Origin: Nageia nagi
Taxonomy: Eukaryota; Plantae; Pinophyta
Direction: 5' to 3'
DNA: 64,000 nt
Assembly: GCA_050084985.1 (NCBI GenBank)
Contig: JBITNC010000001.1
Location: 148,862,001 to 148,926,000, forward strand
Part shown: piece by piece, positions 11,931 to 26,450 of the stretch
Layout of the letters: every line of letters begins with the position of its first letter
Numbering within the stretch: the first letter of the stretch is position 1
The notes under the pieces: generated by a model
Told to the model about the DNA's origin: nothing
The model's input: only the letters and a program-made list of their open reading frames with translations
Databases searched by the model: none
Translations under genes and position numbers: made by a program

Positions 11931-14900
11931 TGACATGCATCTCGCCATTTCTTGAATGGTCTTATTTTTTCTTTCGGCAACACCATTTTGTTGGGGGGTG
12001 TAAAGGATCTTGAACTGCCTCTTGATCACGTGTTTGACACAATAGTCATTGAATTCATTACTGTTATACTCATTTCTATTGTCAAATCTCAGCATCTTGA
12101 TTTTGAAGTTAGATTGATTTTCAACTAAGGTTTTAAAATCTTTGAACTTGTCTAAGGTTTGATCCTTGTGCTTTAGAAGATAACCAAATGTCATTCTATT
12201 GAAATTGTCAATGATTGTTTAGACATACGATGCTCCCCCAAGCGATTTAGTCGAAAACACACCCATCAAATCTGAATGTACAAGTTGAAGAGGTTGTGTT
12301 GCCTATGTTGCGTTATGTTTCTCATTTTTTTTTCCTATTCATTTTGCCTAGGATGCACTTTTTACAAAGAGCAATTGTGGGTGATATTGTAGGCAAACCT
12401 TCCACAAGTTCTTGATCTTTCATGATTTAAATACTTTTTTGGTTAAAGTGACCTAATCGATGGTGTCAAAGATTTCCCCTAGAGCAAATATTCGTAGCAA
12501 GTCACATCTTTGTTGGTGCTTGGTCCATAATGTAGATATCATCTTTTATTGATCCTTTCACCAAAGTGGGAAGTACCTTCTTCATGCACTATGAGTGTGA
12601 GTTGAACTTGAATGAGTATCCTTTCTATGCAACTTGAATTACAGAAAGAAGTTTCATACTAAGTTTAGGCATATAGAACACATTTTCAAGAACCTTACCT
12701 TGCAACAACACACTCCCAATACCTTGGACTTCAAGGATTGAATTGTCACCTATCACAACTACATCTTTTCTATACTTATGAATATTTTCAAACTTAGCCT
12801 TTTCATAACACATGTGATTTGTGCACCTAAAGTTAACAATCCAATCATTCGAGAAAAAGTGAGACCCAAAGTAAAGACTACAAACATAAGAAAATTTCTT
12901 ATTTTTCTTCTTGTTATTGAAGTTTTTTGATTTTTCAGATCCTTTGCAATCTTGTTCTTTCTTTTTCTTGTAGCAATCAGATTCCCGGTGACTATAGATG
13001 CCACAAAAATTACAATTGCCATCAAATTTGGCTTTGGATTTGCTAGACTTATCGTTGCAATTCTGCTGTTTGTTTCCACCTTTCATGAAATCCTTTTTTG
13101 GAGCATGAGAAGACTTCTTTTGGTTGTGGAACTTTTTTTTGAAGTGAGTCATTGTTTGTCCAAGTGGCACACGATGTTCCGTAGGAGAAGAGATCAATGA
13201 CTTTTTGTTAAGTGTTTCCTCATGTTTTAGGAGAAGCCTTTATAGTTTTTCCAAGGAAAATACTTCTTCATCATCGAGCCTTGTCTCAATGACTATCACT
13301 AAGTGACTAAATTTAGTAGAGAGGCTTTGCAGTATGATGAACACAATAAACTCATCATTGAGGTAAATAATCTTGTTCAAGTATATTGCCAGATTTTCAT
13401 TTTTCTCTTGACGTGATTGCAATAATTTTTGGAGAATGGTGAACCTCCTGGAGAATTTGTTTCCAAGGTAGATTTTCTTCAGTCTGTCCCAATTTTTCTT
13501 TGTAGAGTTTGAAGAAGAAATCATGAGAAGGATTTCTTTCGAAATTGCATGGAAGATCATAAAGGTTGCGAATTCATTCTTTGTGTTGTACGCCTTAATC
13601 GCCTTCTCATTTGTTGGAGCAACTTGGTTTTCATTTACGATTTGCCACAGTTTCAATGCTTGGAGCTTTGCTTTCATTCTAGGTTTCCAAATGCCATAGT
13701 GGAACCATCTAAGTTGTGCTTGGGTGAAAAAGAGTCTCTCATTTGCTACAAAAGAAGGTGAAAATGTTAACCAATGTAAGCATGTTAAATTTGAGAACCA
13801 AAATCAACCATACGTGTTGAGTTTGTTCAATTTAATTAATCATAAATCAATCATACATGTTAATTATACATGTTGAATTAATCAACTATATATGTTAAAT
13901 TTTAACCAAAGGTAATCAACAAGGAATACTTAAATTGTTAACCAATTTCACATGTGCAAAAAGGTTTTCAATCTCATCAAATCGTATACATCCAACATTT
14001 TGTCATAACCAAGTAATATAGTTGTAAAGAGGGTAAAGTTGAGGCTTATTTTCTTGTATAAAAATTAGGCCTTCATTTGGATGCCCGCATATTGGAGCCC
14101 AAGTCCTACCAATCCTCAACCAGTTTGCCTTGGTCAACAATACACTCTCACAAGGAGGAGTATTAGCTATTTTCCAAGGTTGTGATGTATGTTGGATTGA
14201 CCAAATTATTATCTTGATTAGGTTTTAAGTTGTTCTCCTAGGTTATTAGAATAATCCCTGAATGGATGTGCGGACATGTGGTATCATTACACACATAGCT
14301 GCCCACCTATATGGAGTTATGTTGAAACCAATAGAGGATTTATGGGCAATTAAGAAGTACAAACTTTACATCACTAAGATCGACAGACTAAAAAGCCTCT
14401 AGTCTGCCTTGTCCTCTCTTCTTGGCTCCCGAAACAAGTCATGTTGGGGAATAAAACGAAAGGATGTGTTCATTTTAGGGGAAGCACTTTTAATATTTGT
14501 GATTTTTGCAAAATATAAAGCAAAGGTGTATAAAGTAAAGTGCTTAAAATGAAACGTCATTCAAAATTGAAACTTAAGAGTACATCATCCAACATGAAAT
14601 CTAAGAGTGTCCAATAGGTTTTGTCACAACCCCAAGAGGACCTCTTTTACAAAAATTGCATGAGTTTGTTATTTTTAAGTAACAAGAAACAAGGAGTTTA
14701 CCCCTTTTTATTAAAACATGAATTTAGCAAAAATTCGATGCTTAAAGTACACTTAGCAAGATTTCCCTTGTAATAATACTTTCAAAAATTTGCTCAAAAA
14801 TTAAACAAAAAAAATAATTTACTCAAAAAATAATACTTTGTTTCAAGGTATCCTCCTTACTTTTGGAAAAAAAATTGCTTAAATTCCCCCTTCAAAATAT

Positions 14901-17549
14901 ACCCTTTACTTAAAAAATTCACCCCTTTAAAAAAGGATTACCTCCTTTTGTAATTTTTTTTTTCTTTTTTTTTTTGAAAAAAAAAGAGCTTATTTTGAAA
15001 GGATTTGAATTTCCCCTTAATGCTCTAAAAAAATTCCTCCTTAAAAAAAATCAACACCCTTAAAAAATAATAATTCTCAAAATTTAAAATAACTTGCCAA
15101 ATTTAACTATATCCACCTCCCCCTTTTTTAAAAAAAATAGTTTTTGGTTTTAAAAAACATGCCTACTTTTTGGAAGTAATACTAGTTTATATTAAAAAAA
15201 TTAAACAATTTAAAAAAAAATGTTCCAAATGAGAAGTTTCCTTCACAAGACTAGTCTCCCTTCACAATACTGCAAATGCAATCAATGGATTGCCGAAGGG
15301 AACCTCCTGCAATTATACATTAATCACATCACATATGGAGGAGGCGGAAAATATTTCACTTAAGAGGAAACAAATGTTTCCCTTGCATGAGATTTGCAAG
15401 AGAGTTTATATAATAAAATAACTTAAAAGAATTTTTAAAAAATTATAAAAAAAATTGAGGAGCTTCAAAATATATAAAAAAATGATGAATAAAAGGGGGT
15501 TGACCTGCATGCATTTGTAGAGAGAGGAGGAGCTACGTGGTGTGAGGTGGGGAGTTGCGCATTGAAGGCGTGATCCATGGTGCGATGCATAAGGAGTGCA
15601 CCTGGAGGGGGCTGCGTAGGTAGTGTTAGGCATAGTTTGTGGGAGGGACGGGCGGCGAAGGTCGATGGGGGTTTGGTGGGTGCTTGAAGTAGAGCTGAGA
15701 TGCGGGTGGTCGAGGTGGTGTGTTGGTGGTGTTGGATGGTGGTCTACGGCTTGGCCGCGTGTTGTAGGGGGTAGATGGGGGAGGTTGGGGGGTTAGACTT
15801 TGGCTATGGCTGGCGTGGGATGCAAGGGGGGGATGCAAGGTCGTTGGCCGACATTGCCAAAGTTGGGACCCTTGTTCTTTCTTTTTAAACATTTCTTTTA
15901 TATTTTAAAAATTTTCCTACTACTTTTAGATGGATGAATTTAAAAAAAAAATTCATGTCCATATTTTTTAATAGCAAGTTTCTATTCTCATTTCAATAAA
16001 AAAGGTTTATATGGATAATAATTTTAAAAAATTTATACTTCTTTTTTTTTTGATAACATATTATGATATGTTATTATGATAATAATTTGTAAAAATGCAC
16101 AAATTTTTCATAAAAAAATAGTAATGCTTTTGAAAAAAAAAATATTGCAATAAATAAATTGTTATTCCATTGTATCACTCTTTTATCCATTGTACAAAGT
16201 CATGACATGCATCATCCTTTTATGGAAGGGGCATGCTCAAGAGGTGGAGTGTAGGGCAAGTTACATTATTTTATTTACTAATACTTAAAAAGTTATCTAG
16301 GTATACTTTTAAGTATTAGTGAATTTACATTGCCATATTCACTAAATACTTAAGGTATCTAGGATACCTTTAAGTATTAGTGAATTTAGGATAAGAGACC
16401 TTACAATAGTGCATTATACATTTCAACAAGACTAATCACTTAAAAGTTGATGGAAGCAACGATTAGTTGCTCTTTCTTCTTATGGAACTTGAGTACATTG
16501 GAGGAACTCTTCCTAGGGCACAAGCCTTGTAGCTTAGGAAGATGTTTGAAGAAATTGGTGAGAAGTAAAGCCATTCTATTTTAATGTTTTGTATAGTTGT
16601 TAAAATCAGACTCAACAAGCCTTTGGATTTATAAGAACTTGGACTCAGGAAAACCTTTGTTACAAATACTTAGAAGTAAAAAGTATTTTTTTTTCATGTA
16701 ATTGAGTAAAAGTTATGACTTGTCAAAAACCTCAATAAAAACTTGCGAGTCAACTACAAAATCGACAAAATTTGGTCAAGGTGAGAAACGTGCAAGTTGA
16801 AAGTGAGTACTCATTTTGATTGACTTGGCTAGATTACTCTCACCATATTCGAAGAGTGTTACTACAGAGATATTTTTTGAATACAAGAGTGCTATTTGTG
16901 TAGACACATAAAAATGATTTTCTATTTTAAAAAAAATTATATTTAGTGTCTCTATGCAAAATATTATTTAAATCATGCAAATATCAAGACTAATATGCTA
17001 ATAAAGTGCAAACATGTATTAATCAATATCAATTATTATTATTCATGATCATATCTAGATTACTTGCTATCACTCTTCTCTATATCTTGATAGGTATAAA
17101 AGGAGGAGCATGGCATGGCATTTTCTATTGGATCTCTCTGATAGGTGGTTGAATGCACTTCTTGCTATTATCATTGGTGTCTCTTGATGCAACCTATCTT
17201 AGATTTGTTACGTTTTGAGCTCTAGAATACTTTCTATGGCGCATGATGTAACTCTACAATAAGAACAACATCAACGAAGTCCAACTATTGTTGTCACAGT
17301 GTTGTTGCCATCCTTCAAAGGTGATCAAAGCGGAAAATATGAGTACAAGCAAGCATAGATTTGGGCATTGAATATCTCTATAATGCTTGTTGGAGATTTG
17401 GTCCAATCCACTGTACTTCAGGCCATATCTTGAGGATTGTTTCTTCTATATAATTGCATACATTTTTGATTATAGGACTTCAAGGTCTTGGATTTTTATG
17501 CTCCTATTTGTAGTGTGTATTTTATTGTTTTTATTAATTGTAAATTATT

Positions 17550-19600
17550 ATTTGCACACTACATTTTTGGTTAACTTGACCATTTTTTTTACAAACCCTA
17601 AGTTTGTGTTGAATTTGCATTCTTTTGTGGGTTCTAAACCCTAGATTTTAGTCATGAACCCATTTCAGTTGTTTCATACAGTTCTTAAATGCGAAACATA
17701 AAATTTCTTAATCTAGAAGTATGGTTCAATTTGATTCAGTAAAAAGTTTAAGAAAAAATTGATATTGATGTAACACAAGATCAACAAGAACATGTCCAAC
17801 CAAAACAAATAGAAGAAGATAAATATGATCCACATGCTAGAATAATGATAGAAGAAGAACAAAGTTGTGCATTTGAACAAGAAAGTAAGTTGGACAAGGA
17901 AGATGATAAACAAGTCTAAAGAGTCTAATGGATCAAGTAGAATGAGTATAGTAGGAGAAACATCTCATAGACTTAATATGGAAAATGATCAAGAAGCTAC
18001 TAGTAGAAACTTGGAAAGCCAAATGATTCCATATCAAATTAAGATAGATTTGGATATCATAGCACCTAATGCAGTATCAATAAGGGAAATGATGTTAGTA
18101 GATCAGGCTTAATGACTTGAATATATTATCTTTTAGATCCAAGGACTTGTCAAGCAATTCTCAACATTTTTCAAATAAGAAGAATAATTGATTTACGTCA
18201 GGAATCTATGAGATCAGATAGTTCAAACTTTTTATTTGAATATGAGAATACTCAACCATCCCTTGTTTCAGTCAAATCTGTGAAAATTATCAATGTTGAC
18301 GGAGTCCCTAGGTGCAATAAGGGTGTGAACGAAGTTGTTCAGAGTTAGTTGCAACCTGATGGTGATCCTAGCACTTCACACTGATCACCAAGATTTATCC
18401 TCAGTAAAAATAATTTGAAATCACCACAACTTGAGCAAGAAAGTCATTCACATGATGAGGATCAACAATGAAGTGGATGGAGGAAAGAAAATCATGATTG
18501 AGATGTAATTGAAGAATTTAGAAATTTGATCAATAAATCTTATGAGAAAAAACAAGATTGGATTGAAGAACACTTTATAAGAATGGAAGTCCTTGTGTAT
18601 CAACAAGAGTTAGAAGCCTTTCAAAAGGCAACATACGAACAACAATTAGATCACATATATAACATTTTTAATGAAATGGAAGAACAAAGAATCAATAGAG
18701 TTAGTCCATTTTATTAGTTGAAGGTGAAATAATTAAAAACACAAGTGGCTAATCAACAATCACAACCACAACAAAAGGAACAAGAACAATAATCTACAAA
18801 GCAACCTCCAAAAAAAGACCAAGTACCTACATAACAGTCTCAGGATTTCACTAAGGTCAACGAAGAAATCAACAAAATGAAAAAGATATTATATTATCTC
18901 CTCCAAGTGATAATGATTTTTTGACTTTGAAAAGACCTTTGAATGAAATGATTGATAGTAGAATATGGAAAGGAAAGAAAAATATGAAGTTTACAAAATT
19001 TGATGGTTCTCAGGATCCTAAAATACTGGTTAGAAAGTGTCAAAATTATGCAATTGAATACATATACATGATGAGGATATGCTAGCTAAGTTGTTTTGTC
19101 ATAGTTTGAAAAATGAAGTAGTGAAGTAGTACTATTCTATTCCTGAAAGAGTATTGATAGTTATACCTATGTTATTGGCAAATTTATGGAATATTTCAGG
19201 CATAATATCAAAGCACAAGTGACATTTAGAGATATGTGCAAATACAAGCAAAATGAAAAGCAAAGTTTTACTGATTTTGTAAAAAGATGGAAAAAAATGG
19301 CAAACAAGATCTTCATAGATGAATATGAGTTAAAGGTTTTTTCACGAGTTCTTTGTTACCACAGTTTAAGCTAGAAGCTATTAGCTATGAAAATGAACCA
19401 TTACACAAAATGATTGAAAATTTGTTGCAAAAGGCAGCTTTGCATTACTCATCCAAGGACTTCAAAAGTTCAAAAGGAAAAAGATAAACAAATGGTAGCA
19501 AAGGTCGATAAGAAAAGAAATAGAGATGAGATAAAAAAGAAGCCTATAAGAAAATACAAAAAATTGAGGATGCTTCACTGTGACATTTCATTTGTAATCT
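17550..19600 (+). mobile_element. Highly decayed Gypsy (Tat/Ogre-like) 5' region and gag
   Basis: KFDGSQDP...LAKLFCHSLK...YYSIPEKSIDSY...FMEYFRHNIKAQVTFRDMCKYKQNEKQSFTDFVKRW at about 18990-19300 is Retrotrans_gag-like. Boundaries approximate. Confidence 0.6.
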
Positions 19601-19921
19601 AACCAGTATTGGATCATTCTCTACTTTTATTTTTATTTATTTTTTACTTTCTTTAAAATCCAAAACAACTATCGAGCTTTGCATAAAAACACCTCAGTTC
19701 CTATAAAAAACGTGAGTTAACTTTTACCTCTATTACACCACTGATCTCATTCCTTAACAAGAGATACTGCAAATCAAACATATTTTCATTTTGCTATTTC
19801 TAAACCTTGTGGTCTCAGTCCCTACAAGAGGAGATAATTAATGCAGTCTCACCTAATGCTGGGTTGCTTTTCCATTCGATCACCTCCAGTGATGCACATT
19901 GTAAGAGGAAAGAATTCCATC

Positions 19922-22900
19922 CAATGTTCCACGGGGACGCGTTCCCCCTCCTGGAGGAGCCGTTCCAAACGTTCCCACGTTTTGGGAACGCGGGAACGCC
20001 TTGGGAAACATTTCCCAGCCGTTCCCCTTTTGGGGGACGGCTGGGGGCCGTTCCCGAGACGGCTCCCGGGAAGGGGGAACGTTCCCCGACCGTCCCCCTG
20101 ATCGGGAACGGCCAGGGAATGGCTGGCTGTCCCCGGGAATGGCCAAGGAACGGCCGCCGTTCCCCGACCGTTCCCAAGGACGTCCGGCATTCCCCTGGAG
20201 GCTGGCGCGGCTGGAGAGCTTAAAGCTTAAAAAAAAACACTTTTGACTTAAAAAAAAACTTTTTAAACCTCCTAGCATGGGTCCCACCTAACTTTGCACC
20301 CCCCTTAACCCTAAAAAGCTCCTCTAAAAGGCTAAAAGTGATTTTGTTATCATTTGTCTTTGTGTAGAGGAGAAAGACAGCAAACAGAAGAAAAAAAACA
20401 GCAATGAGGAGAAAGAGCAAGGAGGGAGGAAGAGAAACACAACAGTGAGGAGAAAGAGCAAGGAGGGAGGAAGAGAAACACAGCAGTGTAGTGGAGAAAA
20501 GCCAAGGAGGAGAAGAAAATTACCTAGCGCAGTCCAAGGTTTTTAATTTTCTGTTTCTCATTCTCTACTTGTTTAGTTTAAATTTTAAACTTTACTTGTA
20601 GTTTTAAAAAAAAAACCAGTCCAAGATGAGTGATATTGAGGAAGAAAATCAAAGCTATGAGGTAGAAACATCACAAATGGGAGTTGAAAATGAGCAAGAA
20701 AACACATCAGTCTTTGATTGCCCATCCACAATGTTAAAACATTTTGCTAAAGGCCCATTTAATCGTAAAAAACTACTGTTACAGTTTGTCACAAACCTAG
20801 ATGATGGGAAAAAGATTGAAGGGGGAGCAAGAACTTATAAATTTCACATTTGTAACTCCACATTTAAAGGGAGTTATACTAGGATTGAATCACATTTGAC
20901 TGATAAACAAGGGGCAGGGGTGAGGGTTTGTAAAGAAATGAATAAATTTATGTTTGCAGAAGCTAGTAGGCTTGCACAAGAGGCTTACCTTAGGAATCAT
21001 GGGCCGGCCATTCCTAAATCTACCCAAGCCTCCATTGTTTCCTCCTCATCAGTTAGAGAAAAAGAAATTGGACTCTCTTCTAGCTTGCCAAGTCCTACAT
21101 TCCCCTCCAAAAAAAGAGGAAATATAGCTGAAGCATTAAACTTGCAGCAGAAAGAGAGAGCTGATGATGCAGTGGGAAGATTATTTTATGCACATGCCTT
21201 GCCTTTTCATCTTGCACGCTCACCTTACTTGAGGGCAACATTTGAGGAAGTAAGGTTGGCTGGACCTTCATATGTACTACCTGGCGAGACTAGACTCCGT
21301 ACTTCTATTTTGGAGAAGCAGTATAGTAGATGCAGTTTGATGATGTCGGAGATGAAGGCTACATGGGTGCGTAGTGGATGTTCCATTATTATGGATGGAT
21401 GGACTGACATTCGTCAACGTCCACTCATCAATATAATGGTGTCATGTTCAGAGGGTCCTTATTTTCTTCGAGCTGTTGATTGCTCGGGAAAAAAAAAGGA
21501 TGCAGAGTTTCAGTTCCTCCTGTTGAAGGAGGCTATTGAGGAGGTTGGATCCTCCAATGTTGTCCAGGTAATCACTTTACTAAGTTTAAATTTTAAAACT
21601 TTAAACTTTACTTTTAGTTTTCTAATTTATTTTTTGACATTTGTTGTAAAAATGCCAAACGGCAAACTGTAACGTTTTAATTTTTTTTGTACAGATAATT
21701 ACAGATGCAGCCCCTGTTTGCAAGCGTGCAAGAAAATTGATATAGGGCACTTACAGGCATATTTTTTGGACCCCATGTTGCGTTCATGCATTGAATAATG
21801 CATTGAAGGACATTGGGAAAATAGATTGGGTGAAGAATGTTGTTGCAGAAGCGAGAGACTTGCAAATGTTTATTTGCAACCATCATACCTCATTGGCCCT
21901 CTTTCGCTCCTTCTCAAAGAAGGAGTTTCTTAAACCTGCAGATACGAGATATGCCACTTATTTCATCCTATTGCAAAGGATGATTGAGCTGCAGGAGGCA
22001 CTACAATCCATGGTAGTTTGTTTAGAATGGAAGAGGTGGCCAGAATCTCAAACACAGGAGGGAAAAAGACTTAGAGATAAAGTCTTGGATGAGAATTGGT
22101 GGACTGAAGCTAGGTAACAAAGTTTGAAAGTTTCACTATTGTAGTTTGAATTTCAAGTTGGATTGGTCATTAGGTAATTGTTCAATTAGATTTAACTTTC
22201 TAAGTTTTTTAACTCTTTTTTTTTTTTGAATGTAGGTACATTGTATCTTTTATTTCCCCAGTTTTTGAAGTGATAAGGTATGCCGATACGGATTCTCCTA
22301 ATTTAGGAGAGATATACGAGACCTTCGATAGCATGCTTTGGGGAACTGAAAAGAATAATTAATGCCAAAGATCCTTCTTTTTATGAAGGCCATATTAGAC
22401 CCATCATAGAGAAGAGGTAACAAAAACAAATGTTGATTGTTAACTTTAGAGTTTAGTTTCAATTTGGTTTGTTAACTTTTGTCTTTAAGTTTATTAAATT
22501 ATTTTTTTAACTTTTTGTAGGTGGAATAAAATGAATACCCCTCTCCATATGGCTGCCCATGTGTTGAACCCAAAATGGTATGCACCAAAGATTGGGAAAA
22601 TGGCACCTAATGATGATGTTGAGTTGAAAGATGGGTTCATGAACTTCCTTGCCAAGATGTTTTCACGAGAGGATGGTCGTATAGTTAGAGAGGAGTTTGT
22701 AAAATTTGTGAGACTTAAGGGTCCTCGTTTTAGCAGGCAAGAGTGCAAGGAGGATAGGGCTACCATTGCCCAAACTGATCCCATTGGATGGTGGGAGCTA
22801 TATGGAGATGATGCTCCACACTTGAAGCATCTTGCGATTAGGCTCCTTTCCCAGGTTAGTAGATGCCATTGCCATGCCATTAAGTATTGTACTATGCTCC

Positions 22901-23778
22901 TTTCTCACATAATCAAAAATGAAAAATCTAATTTGAATGATTGTTTGTAGGTGGGTAGTTCATCTGCTGCGGAGAGAAATTGGTCTACCTATGGTTTCAT
23001 CCATAGTCTGCGAAGGAATAGACTTACTTCTCGTAGAGTAGAGAAGTTAGTTGCAGTGCATAGCTCTCTTCGCCTTAGCGAGAGAGTTACGCCAGAGTAT
23101 AGAGCTAGTCCAGCAGCACGTTGGGACATTGATCCAGTGGAGGCAGGCCAGCTTGAGGCTGATGATGATGAGGCTGATGAGTCGATGTTTGGATTGCCAT
23201 TGCATACTCTTCATTTGGATGATGAGAGCATATCATCATATAGCTCAACAGATGAGGAGGATATGGATGCACAACTATTAGCACATGAGCCTATAGATCC
23301 ATAGACTATAGTGGTTATTTAAATTTTGGCATTTTCATTTTGTTATTCAAACACTTATTCGTATTCCGTATTCGACATACTGATGTCCCATCTATGTATT
23401 TCATTCAGTCTTTCAGACCTATGGGCTATGGCCTATGACATTATGATTGTGTTATCAGATTTACGGTTTAGTGTTTTACCCTTGGGCTTTTTTAATTTGA
23501 TGGGCTATGAAGTTGAATTTCTAATTGAGTAATTTCGATTCCGTGTTTTTAATTTGTAATTTTGTATACATCATACATAATTAAATTTGATAATATGATC
23601 ATTCATCATAATAAAAATGAATTGGAAATGATACTCTTAAAAATCTAATAATTTTTACTAGTATTATGTTTGCCGTTCCCTAGCCGTTCCCCAAAAGACC
23701 CTATTTTTTCCCTGCCGTTCCCGGATACGCGTTCCCGCGTTCCCCCGTATCCCCGTTCCCCAGGCGTGTGGAACACTG
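19922..23778 (+). mobile_element. Full-length hAT DNA transposon (3,857 bp)
   Basis: Perfect 8-bp TSD ATTCCATC (19914-19921 and 23779-23786). TIRs CAATGTTCCAC and GTGGAACACTG (10/11). CGTTCCC/GGGAACG subterminal repeats at both ends. Confidence 0.97.
20626..23304 (+). pseudogene. hAT transposase (BED-like, DUF659 and hATC dimerisation domains), 5 exons, lightly disabled
   Basis: Exons 20626-21567, 21695-22113, 22236-22416, 22521-22854 and 22951-23304, all GT-AG. Motifs GCSIIMDGWTD, VVQ/IITD, FWTPCCVHALN, SSSAAERNWSTY. Premature TAG at 21743-21745 and a +1 frameshift near 22339. Confidence 0.92.
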
Positions 23779-23786
23779 ATTCCATC

Positions 23787-23910
23787 CCAACAAGTACTGA
23801 AGATCAACTTGTTGATGTTTTTACAGAAGGAGTTGTAAAACCACAATTCTTGAAACTCAGAAACAGTCTTTTGAGTCTTCTTAGCATCAAGGGGTCGAAT
23901 GTTGGGATGA
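23787..23910 (+). mobile_element. Copia RNase H C-terminus, PPT and LTR start (the hAT's target)
   Basis: STEDQLVDVFTEGVVKPQFLKLRNSL followed by aaggggtcgaa|TGTTGGG at about 23900. Confidence 0.65.
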
Positions 23911-26145
23911 TAATGCTGATTGAGGAAGCCAATACATTTCAAGTACTCTATCCTCTGTGTTTTGTCTTACACAAGTTTCAATTGATTTCTCATTTCCAGC
24001 TAATCAAATACATGTGGTGAGATATCCAAACTATGATCTTATCAGCTCAAATCCGATGGTGGACTCAACTCAAGAAGAAGGATTCAATTTTTAGTGGTTG
24101 AATAAAAAAGAACTATAGAAATCGAATGCAGCTGTTGTATTCGGTTGTTTAGTGGCCCATGTCTCACATATTCTGTTTGTTTTGGCAAATAGGTAGTAAG
24201 TGTATCTGAAGGGAAGACCAGGGTCATTCCGAACCTTCATAGTAAGATTGTATTATGGTTTTTTTTGTAGTTGTAGAGCTAGGTTTTTTAACATTGAGTT
24301 TATTTTTTTTGGAGTAAACAGTTAGTAGATGGGAGCAAATGATGCTGTGTGTCTCAAAACGTTGACTTTCATGTGTTGGTTCTTTCTAATATGTAGTTTT
24401 GTGGAGACTTGAGTGAATGGTATTGTTTTTAAGATAAGTATCTACAGGGTTTCAATAACATAATGTATCTTGTTATAATTAATAATGAGTTTTAGGATTA
24501 CAAGGTATAGTGTATCTTCATGGTAAGTGATTCTATGTTGGGCTCTATAGTAGTTCTTGTGACTTTGGTTTGGGATACATCAGAGTCGACATTATCTGGA
24601 GGGGTGACATTCCAGATTTATCCTACGTTACCTGTCTAAAAAATTAGGAAATCATGTAGGCGTCCAAAGCATTAATCATTGTAAAGAATTCTGTAGTACT
24701 TCTACTTGTCAAGGATAGTGTAGTTAAACATTCTTAATATGCTGGTTTCCTTTTTCGACATATTTTTATGACCTGAAGTTAAACATTGCATTATGTTGAA
24801 CTCTTTGAAGTTTGAACCTGTTTAAAGACATAGTTTTCAGAATGCATGAACAGAACCAAGGTTGTGTGTGTGGGGGGAGGAAAACTATTTTGCGGAAATG
24901 TTAAGATGCTCCAGCTTGAGAATTGACAGGATATTTTAAACAAAGCCTGACAGGCTTCGACTCCCAGGAGAATTGTTGCAAGGTACAGATACTACTGAAT
25001 GACATATACTGATGCCATTTCGTAATGTATTCATGCAACAATGTGCAGATCGTAGTTTGAAATGCCTTCATAATAATACACATTGAATGTGTCCTGGAAA
25101 ATTGTGAGGAAAAAGAAGAATGGCCTGCCTATGTGGAAAAAAAGGAACTGGTGCCATTTGTTGATCCGCTTCTGGAAAAAAATGTTCTGATCAATAAATT
25201 CAAGGGATTATAAATTTAAACTGTACAATGGAGCTCCTTGTTGCGAACAGTTATCTCCCTAGAACAAGGGTTGATGTGACAAGTTGGGTTTTGCTTCTTT
25301 TCTATGGGTTTATTTCTTTTACTTTGCAGAGATAAGGCACCTCTACTAAGATGCCATGACTGAGATGTACTGTTCTGTGAAATTCAGCTGAGTGCATCAT
25401 TTAGGTACAATTAATGTGGGTCTCTCAATGCAAAATTGCCTAACTACTGGAATGTAGGCATAAAATTTTTATAAGTAGCACAAAAAAATACAGCAACAGT
25501 TTTTAGAGCAAAATTCATTGCTACACCTTTAGACTTCTAATGATGATAACATATGAAGTTGATCCTTGTCAGAATAATATAACTGGATGTTTTACATTCT
25601 AGTATAGTTTTTTGAATTGTAGAGAGAATGAAAATCTGTGCACAGTTCTTTGTGATAACTTAAAAGCAAGGGGACACTATATTGTATTACTTTACGTAGA
25701 TAACAGGATTGTTATTTTATCCTGCATCTCTTTGAATAAACCAAACCATGATCTCCAGTTACAGTATTTATTCATCTCATATCACTTAAAGTGTCTCTTC
25801 TAGTTTACAAATAACGATGCAGTCATGCTACATTGATGTCTTACATTCTGAATTTATCCATGTATATTCTTATCCTTAAAAGAACTGTAAGTCTATATGT
25901 CAGGCTTTTATGGAACAGAGAATCTTAGTAACCTTTCTTCTACATGCTTCCATTTGATTGGCACAAAAATTTGACACTAATGCAATCTTTGTCAGAGAGC
26001 ATGCAGTGACATGAGGAACTTCTGTGAGCTCGGGTCTTTAGGAATGGGCAATTAGTCCTTATACAGGCAATTAATGGCTCGAAAAAAGAAATTAACCTAG
26101 AACCTATCTCTGACTATTGATTCATTTATTTTTGATATTGTATCC

Positions 26146-26450
26146 AGAAATTTTGCAAATTCTCTGATTTTGCATCATATCTTTCGTTCAAGCATTATGC
26201 AAGTGGCAATGCTTCTTGAACAAATGAGGCATATATTGTTCCCTTTAAAAATCTGTCAAATTAGCATGCATTTGGAAACAGACTCTTTGCGTTTGTGCTT
26301 GATATCTTGTAGAAATTTTCCAGATTCTCTGATTTTGTATCATAACTTTCTTTCAAGCTTTATGCACGTTGTTATGCTTCTTGGACACATGAAGAATATA
26401 TAGTTCAATTTAGAAATATACTCGAATTTGTATGCAGTTTGAAACAGAGT
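26146..26450. repeat. Degenerate tandem duplication, ~165-bp unit
   Basis: agaaatttt..a.attctctgattttgYatcata...tttgaaacaga occurs twice, at about 26146 and 26311. Confidence 0.75.

Larger units (their letters stand above)
8842..16428 (-). mobile_element. Decayed Ty1/Copia LTR retrotransposon
   Basis: LTR homology between 9071-9325 and 16174-16428, both ending ...ATTATACATTYCAACA; the right LTR is truncated. Degenerate PPT at 9326-9336. Minus-strand domains: gag (MKAKLQALKLW), knuckle CNFCGIYSHRESDC, protease WIVNFRCTNHM, integrase YTPQQNGVAERKN, RT (NKTWDLV, RLVAKGFAQKYGVDY, LYVDDMLI) and the RNase H end. Many stops and frameshifts. Left boundary approximate. Confidence 0.9.

Noticed and set aside
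15400-16170. G-rich block and Pro-rich minus-strand ORF between AT-rich tracts
   Set aside because: Low complexity with no termini or motif; probably a fragment of another repeat that truncated the Copia LTR.
8400-16870. Possible older hAT enclosing the Copia element
   Set aside because: Subterminal-like motifs exist near 8450 and 16750-16860, but I found no convincing TIR pair or 8-bp TSD.
19807-20287. Six overlapping ORFs on both strands
   Set aside because: They result from the GC-rich CGTTCCC subterminal repeats of the hAT element and show no protein motifs.
24900-25210. Gene-like peptide ENCEEKEEWPAYVEKKELVPFVDPLLEKNVL
   Set aside because: Short, not recognised and not needed for the DNA-PKcs frame; it cannot be supported without a search.
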